A stretch of 52,136 nt of DNA, from IMG/VR virus record IMGVR_UViG_3300033412_000022, positions 1-52,136 of that record. One strand, given 5' to 3'. The notes beneath the pieces were generated by a model. The model worked only from the letters and a program-made list of their open reading frames with translations. It was not told the DNA's origin and ran no database searches. Below are positions 22,453 to 29,892 of the stretch, piece by piece (the stretch's first letter is position 1; each line of letters begins with the position of its first letter). Made by a program: the position numbers and the translations under genes. Source of the DNA: a virus.

Positions 22453-24651
22453 TTAGGGTAAATCTCCAATGCGCTTCGCGGTGTAGGTCGTAGGGGAACT
22501 GCGCGCATCCGGCGCGGACTTGTTGATGCTGGATTGCAGCGATTGGATGCGATAATCCCCGCCCTCATGAGAGGCTATCGCGCCGGGGTAGACGCGGATA
22601 ACATCGCCCCGGTACAGTATCAGGCCGTCACCATCCCGAAGAAGTTGGCGCGTCTTAATCTGCGCGACGCGGAGTTCGCTGGTCAGGCGCTCCTCCAACT
22701 GGTCGGCGGCATGGCTGACCGAAGCGGCGGTGACAAGGCGCGGCTCCACGACTCCGACGGGCGTTATCTCCCCTACCCATCCGGCGGGCCGCAGGGAGGG
22801 GAGCAGGGTAGGGTCTTCCAGAATGCTGTATATCCGTCTGTCTCTCAGAACGGTCTTTGTCGTTGGGTCATAGCCTACGACGCTAAGGCGGGTCGTTTCC
22901 GCGGGGTAACAGTCCTCCCGAAAACCGAGAATGGCGGTTTTATCCCCGTCTTCCTCCCGGTCCATATAGAGTGTGGCTTTCGGAGTCGCGGAGAGCGTGC
23001 TTTCGCTCCTTGCCCGGAACATAGGACCGGTGAGCGTCGGATAGAAGCCAATGTACCAGGTCGGCGCGAACGTTCGCGCGATGCGCAGAATCCAGTCCGC
23101 GACCGTATCCAGGGCTTCCGGACGATACGCCCACTCGCCCTTGCTCGCGGCGGGACTCAGCGGCAGGTTAAAGGCCGATGTCTCGATGTCCCATTCCGCC
23201 ATGGGAATCCCCGCATCCTGCAGCAGTTCCGCGAAAACTTCATGGAGAGGGAAGCCGTCAAACGCGGGGCGCGACTCCTCGTAGCGCGCCGTCTCCAGTT
23301 GGCTCCATAGGTCGCGGACTTCCCAATTAAGGGTTTCCGCCGATGCCGATTTCCCCGCGCCGTATTCCGGCTTGCCCGTGTTGCCGGTGAAGAAGGTGAC
23401 GCCATCCAGTTCCGCCTGCATTGGGCGGTTCCCGGTCCTTGTCGGATAAGCAATCGGCATAGAGGCCGGGTCTTTCGCGCTCACTGTCAGACGAACCCCG
23501 CCTGGGTCTTCGGGCACGTTGAGGGAAAGCCGCTGCACATTGCCTGCTATATCCGCCATCTCTACGGCATTGGTGTCCGCTGTTTCGGGAGGCAGGACAT
23601 AATCCACATCGTAGACAAAGGGGGTTTCGGTTCCGCTGCCGGTGAGGTCGCAGCGGATGGTAATCGTGTCTATTACCCCATCCGGGGTATAGGCGGTCGT
23701 TCCGTCAATCTCGCGGAGGGACGGGGCGCTCATGGCGGAACTGCCGGAAACCGGAATGTCCCAGAAGTCCGCGACAACGAAGGTCGCGCCGGTAGGGGGA
23801 GGCAGGCGCAGAAAGAGCGGCAGAGAGGCTATCCATCCGGCTGTCGGGTAGGTAAGCGGGGCGCACTGGACCGAGGCTTTCCCCTGCGCGACCTGCCACC
23901 AGAAATGGGAGAGCGGCGCGGTAATGTCGTTCACCGTATCCGGGTCAAGGTCCGCGAATACATGACTGAATCCGTCGCCGGTCGCGGAGAGGACGAGCAG
24001 TTCGCGCTTTCGGCAGGGGATGAGATAGAGATTGACTACCCTGCCCACCACGTCGCCATTCGGGGTACCCTCCGCGCCCGCTGGCCCGATCTGGCTATAG
24101 CGTTTGACTTCCTGCGCCGCTCCGGAGATAGACCCCGTGCCAACCATCGCCGCGCCCTTGTAGACCTGCACGCGCCCGCCGCCGAGGATGCGCAGGCTAA
24201 CCGTATCCGGGTCGCCGGGAGTCCCCCATCCGCATTCTATTGCGTTTTTGCCCAGCCCCGAACCCTCCGGCACGTAGAAGGAGAGGAAGAACCCGCGATT
24301 GGCGGCGTAGGTCGCGGAGGTGAATACCGCATAGTTCACCCCGCGCGATTCCAGATAAATATCCCCGTTGCCGCGCCGGTTGTTTTCCGCCCACTCGGAC
24401 GCGGGAAGCGGGGTAGTGAGGTCCGACTTGACATAACTTGCCCTGCTGAGGCGCGCATAGGAGCCGCTATAGGTCGTTTCCCAGTCGTCGCGCAGTTGGT
24501 AGGGGCGAAGCAGCAGCGTGCTGGTAATGGGGTCAACAATGCAGTTGCCGTCTCCCAGAGTCCCGTCCCAACTCCTGCCGTCCACGGAAGCGGCGAGCAA
24601 GCCGCGCGTGACTCTGGGCCTGCTGATGTCGAATTTTACTGCTACTGACAT
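22453..24651 (-). CDS. Distal tail / baseplate-hub protein (assigned by position)
   Basis: 732 aa; lies directly downstream of the tape measure gene and abuts the next tail gene. Confidence 0.5.
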   Translation of the reverse strand: MSVAVKFDISRPRVTRGLLAASVDGRSWDGTLGDGNCIVDPITSTLLLRPYQLRDDWETTYSGSYARLSRASYVKSDLTTPLPASEWAENNRRGNGDIYLESRGVNYAVFTSATYAANRGFFLSFYVPEGSGLGKNAIECGWGTPGDPDTVSLRILGGGRVQVYKGAAMVGTGSISGAAQEVKRYSQIGPAGAEGTPNGDVVGRVVNLYLIPCRKRELLVLSATGDGFSHVFADLDPDTVNDITAPLSHFWWQVAQGKASVQCAPLTYPTAGWIASLPLFLRLPPPTGATFVVADFWDIPVSGSSAMSAPSLREIDGTTAYTPDGVIDTITIRCDLTGSGTETPFVYDVDYVLPPETADTNAVEMADIAGNVQRLSLNVPEDPGGVRLTVSAKDPASMPIAYPTRTGNRPMQAELDGVTFFTGNTGKPEYGAGKSASAETLNWEVRDLWSQLETARYEESRPAFDGFPLHEVFAELLQDAGIPMAEWDIETSAFNLPLSPAASKGEWAYRPEALDTVADWILRIARTFAPTWYIGFYPTLTGPMFRARSESTLSATPKATLYMDREEDGDKTAILGFREDCYPAETTRLSVVGYDPTTKTVLRDRRIYSILEDPTLLPSLRPAGWVGEITPVGVVEPRLVTAASVSHAADQLEERLTSELRVAQIKTRQLLRDGDGLILYRGDVIRVYPGAIASHEGGDYRIQSLQSSINKSAPDARSSPTTYTAKRIGDLP

Positions 24652-24656
24652 GAGGG

Positions 24657-26474
24657 TTAGAAGAGGCGGTTTCCGAGAGCGGGCGCGGGGATGACTCCCT
24701 GCCGCGCAAGGCTTTCGATAGTATCGGCGACCGTGCGCTGCACCACGCGCTCCATCTCGGTAGCGGCGGTTCCGAGTTCAATCTTTATCTGCCCGCCTGC
24801 CCCCGAACCGCGCCGCGCGGAAGGCGCTTGCGGTCCAATGTCGGCGAGAGAAAGCCCCAGAGAGGCGCGCGGCCCGCCGCCGAACAGGGCATTGGAGAGG
24901 TTTTGCATGCCGAGCGCGGCGGCTTTCGTGTTGCGCTCGATTTGGGTGAGCGCGTCCACGGGCTTATTCCCCCAGGTGTTCTTCATCCATTCCGGGGAGG
25001 CGGCGACAAGGCGCGCTATCTCGTCGGCGCGTTTCTGCTGATTGACAGCGGCGTCTACCCCTGCGGCGGTCAGGTTTCCGGGGCGGCTTGCGGCAAAGGC
25101 CATAATCTGCGGCAGTTTCCCGATGATGAAGGTATCCACCATGGAAACGACCTGACTGGCGGAGAGTCCGGAAGCGCTTCCCCCGGAGGAGGTTCCTCCC
25201 GTCGCGCCCGCCGTCGCCATCGCCATCGCGTTTTGCGCTACCGATTCCGGGGAACCGGCGCCCTTGCCGCTACTGACGCCCGCAACCGGGGATTCCGCCC
25301 ATGCCTTCTTCATACTCTGCTCTGTGACGTTAAATGCCAATGCGCCAACAGTAAGAGCGGTAAGTGCGGCTACAATACCGACCCAGTTCCGCGATATGGC
25401 GGAAAGAACCATCGCCGCAAGAGAGACAGACTTGATCGCCTTGTAAACTTCAAAGAACGCTCCTGCTAACCGGATTAGTCCCACTACTACAGCTCCCGCC
25501 GCCAACCCTGCCAGTATGCCAACAGTGGCGGCAATTACTGAGTTTAACCGCTGGAAGTCACCCACGAGAGTCTGGGCGAACGCTTTCAGACCACCGGATT
25601 TCCCCATACCCTCAGTGACATTTGCCAATCTGTCGAACATGGGAATAATCTGATCAAGCATCTGACTGATGCGCGGCAGTATTTCCCTCACGAATGGCAT
25701 CAGCACGCGGCCCGCAGAGGCAAAGGCAATCGTTATTTTGTCGCCGACGTTTTCCAGGTCGTTGGATATGGAGCCACTGATCGGTTTCAGTTTTTCAAAC
25801 TGCGTAATCACCGCTTCGATAAACTGCTCGGAGCGAAGCCCCATTTTCTGAAGCACTTCGGTATTCGATGTCCCAAAAGCCGCTTCCATAGCGCGCCTGA
25901 TTTGTGGCAACCGTTCCGCCAGTTGGTTGATTTCCTCCGCGCTGACTTTACCCTTCGCCTGAATCTGGGTAAGCGCCATCGTCACGCCGTCCAGTTCCGC
26001 CTTGCCTCTGCCAACCGTCGCCAGAGCCGTACCGAACGCCTTAAGCGCCCTCTCCGCCGTCTTTGCGGAGATACCCGCCGACTGAAGGCGAATGGAACCC
26101 TCTATTGCTTCCGGCAGTCCGAGGCCAGGGGCTTTTGCGACCTCTTTCAATCGCTCAAACTGTCTCTGCGCTTCCTGCGAGGAACCCGCGACCGCTTCCA
26201 ATCCGCGCATCAGCCTATCAAAGTTCACAGCGGCATCAAAGGGTTTGCGAACCGCTTCCGCAAGCTTGCCAAAAAGCTCTATTGTGCCATTGATCGTATT
26301 TGTCGCCGCGGAAATAGCCATCATTGCGCCGTTCATGCGCTGGATGCTTTTTTCCGCTTCGGTTGCTTTCTGTCCGACTTCCTCCGTCATGCGGATAACG
26401 CGGCGCGTCTTCACCTCGTAATCGCCAATGGTGGCTTTATATTCGGTTATCAGGGTTTCGACAGTGGTTGCCAT
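24657..26474 (-). CDS. Tail tape measure protein
   Basis: ELDGVTMALTQIQAKGKVSAEEINQLAERLPQIRRAMEAAFG resembles the TP901-type TMP core. It also has long helical and TM-like stretches and sits downstream of the chaperone genes. Confidence 0.85.
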   Translation of the reverse strand: MATTVETLITEYKATIGDYEVKTRRVIRMTEEVGQKATEAEKSIQRMNGAMMAISAATNTINGTIELFGKLAEAVRKPFDAAVNFDRLMRGLEAVAGSSQEAQRQFERLKEVAKAPGLGLPEAIEGSIRLQSAGISAKTAERALKAFGTALATVGRGKAELDGVTMALTQIQAKGKVSAEEINQLAERLPQIRRAMEAAFGTSNTEVLQKMGLRSEQFIEAVITQFEKLKPISGSISNDLENVGDKITIAFASAGRVLMPFVREILPRISQMLDQIIPMFDRLANVTEGMGKSGGLKAFAQTLVGDFQRLNSVIAATVGILAGLAAGAVVVGLIRLAGAFFEVYKAIKSVSLAAMVLSAISRNWVGIVAALTALTVGALAFNVTEQSMKKAWAESPVAGVSSGKGAGSPESVAQNAMAMATAGATGGTSSGGSASGLSASQVVSMVDTFIIGKLPQIMAFAASRPGNLTAAGVDAAVNQQKRADEIARLVAASPEWMKNTWGNKPVDALTQIERNTKAAALGMQNLSNALFGGGPRASLGLSLADIGPQAPSARRGSGAGGQIKIELGTAATEMERVVQRTVADTIESLARQGVIPAPALGNRLF

Positions 26475-26491
26475 AGGTGTATCCTAATAAA

Positions 26492-26521
26492 AGCACCCGG
26501 AGCCGTTCGGCTCCGGGTGCT
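26492..26521 (-). terminator. Intrinsic-terminator-like hairpin immediately upstream of the tape measure gene
   Basis: AGCACCCGGAGCC-gttc-GGCTCCGGGTGCT (13-bp perfect stem). On the minus strand it is followed by TTTTATTAGG. Confidence 0.6.
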
Positions 26522-26542
26522 CAGGAATCTTGTTCGTTTCTG

Positions 26543-26755
26543 TTATTGCTGCTGTTTTTGCGCTTCTTCTTTTTCTATCTGCCGAAGGAGTTCCATAGAT
26601 TCTTTATGAGACCGTTCTGCATCCTTGTCGATAAACGAGAACATGATAATCCCGCCACCAACAAGAAGAACTATCAGGAATACCGTCCAGAAGGCTTTAG
26701 CCGCAGGCGGCAGACTGTCCAACCAGTCGTTTATTACCCGGTTCGGGTCTTTCAC
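26543..26755 (-). CDS. Small single-TM protein
   Basis: GTG 26755 preceded by AAGGAGGT plus 8 nt. FWTVFLIVLLVGGGIIMFSF TM segment. Confidence 0.5.
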   Translation of the reverse strand: MKDPNRVINDWLDSLPPAAKAFWTVFLIVLLVGGGIIMFSFIDKDAERSHKESMELLRQIEKEEAQKQQQ

Positions 26756-26805
26756 AGGTAGATACCTCCTTGTAGTGCTACCGTGGATTATGGCAGAAAT
26801 GACAA

Positions 26806-26988
26806 TCAATCCGTTCCCTTCATGGCATCGGCTTTAAGTTCCGTTTCAATGCGGGAGAGCGCGATAAACTCAAGCAGTTGTCTGCGCTCCTTGCGACTCA
26901 GACTATCCGGGTGCTTGCCGAATACATCGCGGGAGACTCTCAGGCGCTCGAAGCGTCTTCCGTCTCCCCAGAGCCTTCCCCCAGTTCG
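26806..26988 (-). CDS. Candidate -1 frameshift extension (gpT-like) of the tail assembly chaperone
   Basis: The -1 frame is open from 26988 to a TGA at 26808..26806 and reads ...RVSRDVFGKHPDSLSRKERRQLLEFIALSRIETELKADAMKGTD. A CTG-GGG-GAA G5 run (26982..26978) allows P-site slippage. Confidence 0.45.
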   Translation of the reverse strand, partial: RTGGRLWGDGRRFERLRVSRDVFGKHPDSLSRKERRQLLEFIALSRIETELKADAMKGTD

Positions 26989-27380
26989 TCAATCTCTTCC
27001 TGCTCCAGTTTGACATGACCGCCGAGCAGTTCCAGCTTCACATTGCCGACGAGTTCCAGGAAGAAAGCCCCGTGGGTTTTCGCCAGTTTTGCCCACTCCG
27101 CGTCGGTCGCTTTTGGGTCGGCGATGCAAGCGGAAAGCAAGGCAACGCCCTCCGCGACCGTGGGAGACAGAGGAAGATGCCCCTTCCAGACGGCGGGCGC
27201 TTTCTTCGGGTCCAATTTTTCGAGCGTTTTGCCGCGTTTTAGAAGTTTTTCGATAGCATCGGCATCGCGCGGGATCCGGCAGGGGAACTTGCGCCCGGTG
27301 GAGGCAGTAAACTCCCAATCCTCCGTCTGGTGGAGTCGTTCGGGCGGAAGATCGGCGAGAACATCATCAAGAGAACTCAA
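26940..27380 (-). CDS. Tail assembly chaperone (gpG-like, assigned by position)
   Basis: 146 aa with an acidic C-terminus; lies between the tube and tape measure genes. Confidence 0.55.
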   Translation of the reverse strand: MSSLDDVLADLPPERLHQTEDWEFTASTGRKFPCRIPRDADAIEKLLKRGKTLEKLDPKKAPAVWKGHLPLSPTVAEGVALLSACIADPKATDAEWAKLAKTHGAFFLELVGNVKLELLGGHVKLEQEEIDELGEGSGETEDASSA

Positions 27381-27392
27381 ATCAATATCTCC

Positions 27393-27779
27393 TTACGGGG
27401 TAGGGTCCTGCACAAGGCGAATAGTCACGGTCGCCTGCACACCGCTCGCGTTCGTGAAATAGAAGCCGGTCACATCTCCCGCGAAGGGGATAGCGAAGTA
27501 GCCGCCCGCGAACCAAATCAACGGGACATTTGCCTTTAGCGGGATCGTCTCCTGCGGACTGCCGCTGCTATTGGTTTTAAGGGTGAGGTCCTGCGTGGAA
27601 TTGATGTAAATTGCTTCCAGTTCGGAGGCGTCAATGGAGATGCCCACGAGGAAGTTAGTAGCGGCAATCGCGACGGTCTCATCAATTGCGAGGAGCGCGC
27701 CTGCGGATTTTTCAACGTTCTTCGTCTGCCCGCCGCCGCCGCCGCTATACCCATGGTTGAGCGTAAGTGTTTGTGCCAT
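27393..27779 (-). CDS. Tail-module protein, function unknown
   Basis: 128 aa, beta-rich. Confidence 0.45.
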   Translation of the reverse strand: MAQTLTLNHGYSGGGGGQTKNVEKSAGALLAIDETVAIAATNFLVGISIDASELEAIYINSTQDLTLKTNSSGSPQETIPLKANVPLIWFAGGYFAIPFAGDVTGFYFTNASGVQATVTIRLVQDPTP

Positions 27780-27791
27780 AATGTTTCCTCC

Positions 27792-28157
27792 TTACGCGAC
27801 AGTCAGCGCGCCCTTGCCTTCAAGTGTGAAACGCTGTTTCTGCGCGGTGCGCCGATTGTGTTGGTGGCTCGCCGTTCGCAGTATGCCCGTTCCGGTATAG
27901 GCCCCGGCGTCCGTGTCAATGCTCAAAGTCAGAATCGCGTCTCCCGCGGCCTCCGCGACAATCGAAGCAATCGTATCCACGTGCGCCTCTCCCTCGACTC
28001 GCCAGGAAGACCCAGCAAGTTCCATGTCGGTCCATCGCTCATTGATGCCGGAGCCATCTTCCAGCACGTTGTCAATAATCAGTTCCGCGTTTTCCATCTC
28101 GCCGAGGAAACTATTGCCTCCGAGACTCCACACGGAAATATCCGCCGCCATTTTCAT
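27792..28157 (-). CDS. Major tail tube protein (tentative)
   Basis: 121 aa. Its position and small beta-rich sequence are typical of siphovirus tube proteins. Confidence 0.5.
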   Translation of the reverse strand: MKMAADISVWSLGGNSFLGEMENAELIIDNVLEDGSGINERWTDMELAGSSWRVEGEAHVDTIASIVAEAAGDAILTLSIDTDAGAYTGTGILRTASHQHNRRTAQKQRFTLEGKGALTVA

Positions 28158-28168
28158 ATCAAAAACCC

Positions 28169-28579
28169 TTAGCCTTTCAATGCTCGCCGTAAACCCTGCT
28201 GGTGAACTTCTCGCGCCGCCGCGATAACCCGGCGACTCATTTCCCGCCAGAATCCCCGGTCACGTTTGCCGGACAGCGGAAGAACAAACGGCGCATGACG
28301 CGCGCTACTCGTGAGGTAAAAAGAACCGATTTTTGTGCGGCGAACACGCCAGGAGCGCGCCAGTTCGCCGGATTCTTCTCCGATAGGAAGCCCGCGCCGC
28401 TTGAATTGCAGTTTGCCCGCGCGTTTTCGCTTCAGTGGAGGCCCGCTGGTTAGCGCGACGGCATGACCGCGAGCGATTTCCGCGACTTTCATTGTCGAGT
28501 CATCCGACGCCTTAACCACCCTCGCCATTCGCTCCCGTTGCGATTTCACAAGGTCGGAGGCTTTGTAGAATGTCGCCAT
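28169..28579 (-). CDS. HK97 gp10-like neck/tail-completion protein (tentative)
   Basis: 136 aa and basic; assigned by position in the neck module. Confidence 0.4.
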   Translation of the reverse strand: MATFYKASDLVKSQRERMARVVKASDDSTMKVAEIARGHAVALTSGPPLKRKRAGKLQFKRRGLPIGEESGELARSWRVRRTKIGSFYLTSSARHAPFVLPLSGKRDRGFWREMSRRVIAAAREVHQQGLRRALKG

Positions 28580-28582
28580 TGT

Positions 28583-29017
28583 CTAAAACTCACAGGTGAA
28601 GTTAATCCGAACCTCGTAAAATGCTTGAGAACCTTCCGCCCGGTTATCACCAAAATCAAAGGAGACGCCCTGCGGAAACCATACCGCGCTGTTATATCGG
28701 GGATTCGCCGTCAGGAGGGCAAGGAGCGCGTTCGCCTTCGCTTCCTTCTCCACATGAAGACGCGCCGCATCCGGCTTAATGAACCTTCCGACGATAACCC
28801 ATCGCATCACGGTATGCGTGTCCCGAACGCTTGCCCATTCCCCGTCCCAGGAACCGCCCTGAAGCGAGACATACGCCTCCGGCAGTTCGCTTGCCGTCTC
28901 CCCTGCCTGGTCTTCCGGGTCATGGGCATGAATCGTCTCAACGCCCCATGCCGCGTTGATGTCCGCGACAAGGAACTCAAGGATTGTAGAGGAGGATATT
29001 TGAAGCGGCAATGCCAT
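28583..29017 (-). CDS. Tail terminator / completion protein (assigned by position)
   Basis: 144 aa; neck module. Confidence 0.4.
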   Translation of the reverse strand: MALPLQISSSTILEFLVADINAAWGVETIHAHDPEDQAGETASELPEAYVSLQGGSWDGEWASVRDTHTVMRWVIVGRFIKPDAARLHVEKEAKANALLALLTANPRYNSAVWFPQGVSFDFGDNRAEGSQAFYEVRINFTCEF

Positions 29018-29019
29018 CG

Positions 29020-29376
29020 CTATGCCTCATTCGCGGCAATCAGGTCCGCATGGTCGGTAGTGAGTCCGTGGGCGAATACTTCTCGCGACTGGATAAAGAG
29101 TGGCCCCGCCTCTATCACCGTCGCGCCCAGCGAGATATTGGTTATGCGGCTCCCGATGGGAAACGCGGCAAGGTCGGAGAGTTCAATAAAGACGCGGTAC
29201 GGGCGAACGACATTCAGGCCCGTCTCCTCAAAGACCGTGCCGGGGTTCTCCGGATGCGCCATGCAGGTTATCGTCTGCGCGTCGCCATAACCGCCCGTGA
29301 GCGCGACGTTTCCCCCGTCCGTGGTGAGCACCTTCGGCTCTACGGTCAGCGTGTTCGGTTTGAAGGGTATAGACAC
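29020..29376 (-). CDS. Head closure / head-tail adaptor protein (assigned by position)
   Basis: 118 aa; neck module. Confidence 0.4.
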   Translation of the reverse strand: MSIPFKPNTLTVEPKVLTTDGGNVALTGGYGDAQTITCMAHPENPGTVFEETGLNVVRPYRVFIELSDLAAFPIGSRITNISLGATVIEAGPLFIQSREVFAHGLTTDHADLIAANEA

Positions 29377-29892
29377 TTACTCCGTCCCTTCGAGCCGCGT
29401 CCCCGCAAGCGCCATACCCGCCACTGTCGCAGGTTGGCCCGTTGCGCGCCTGCGACCGGGCAGGGCGGTCATTCCCCCGCCATTGCTTGCGCGAATCGCT
29501 GAAGCGATACAGGTAATCCTTGAGCGCGCGGAGGATGCCATCGTTAGATAGTCGGCCTGAGCGTCCTGCGATTTCGGTTCCGCGCGAGAAATTTCCACAC
29601 GTCCTGACTTCTCGCGAACCGTCCCTCCGCTGGCCTTTGCGAAAATGCGGCCCGCCGGAGTCACGACATATCGCGCGGCGACTTCATACCCTGCCCATTC
29701 GGTCCAGGCTTCCAGATCGTCTCCGGTCAGGTTGTTGTCCGGATCGCTCCCAATGCAGGGATACTGCTCAATGAGTTGCCGACGAACGGAGGATTTGACC
29801 ATCGCGAGCTGCGGGTCGGAAGGCGTCGCGGAAGCGGGGTCTCCCGTCAGGGCAAACCTCGCCCACTGCTCGATGCTGTACGCGGCTGCCAT
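29377..29892 (-). CDS. Head-tail connector protein (assigned by position)
   Basis: 171 aa; abuts the flanking genes. Confidence 0.4.
   Translation of the reverse strand: MAAAYSIEQWARFALTGDPASATPSDPQLAMVKSSVRRQLIEQYPCIGSDPDNNLTGDDLEAWTEWAGYEVAARYVVTPAGRIFAKASGGTVREKSGRVEISRAEPKSQDAQADYLTMASSARSRITCIASAIRASNGGGMTALPGRRRATGQPATVAGMALAGTRLEGTE

Noticed and set aside
20641-22461. 606-aa plus-strand ORF antisense to the tail protein gene. Similar long antisense ORFs occur at 33822..34925, 37172..38671, 39514..40362, 44394..45638, 28463..29290, 50887..51648 and 35950..36759.
   Set aside because: These are shadow ORFs typical of high-GC DNA. Their translations are Arg/Gly/Pro/Ala-rich and low in complexity. 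They have no SD, and they lie fully opposite genes with recognisable motifs or module context.
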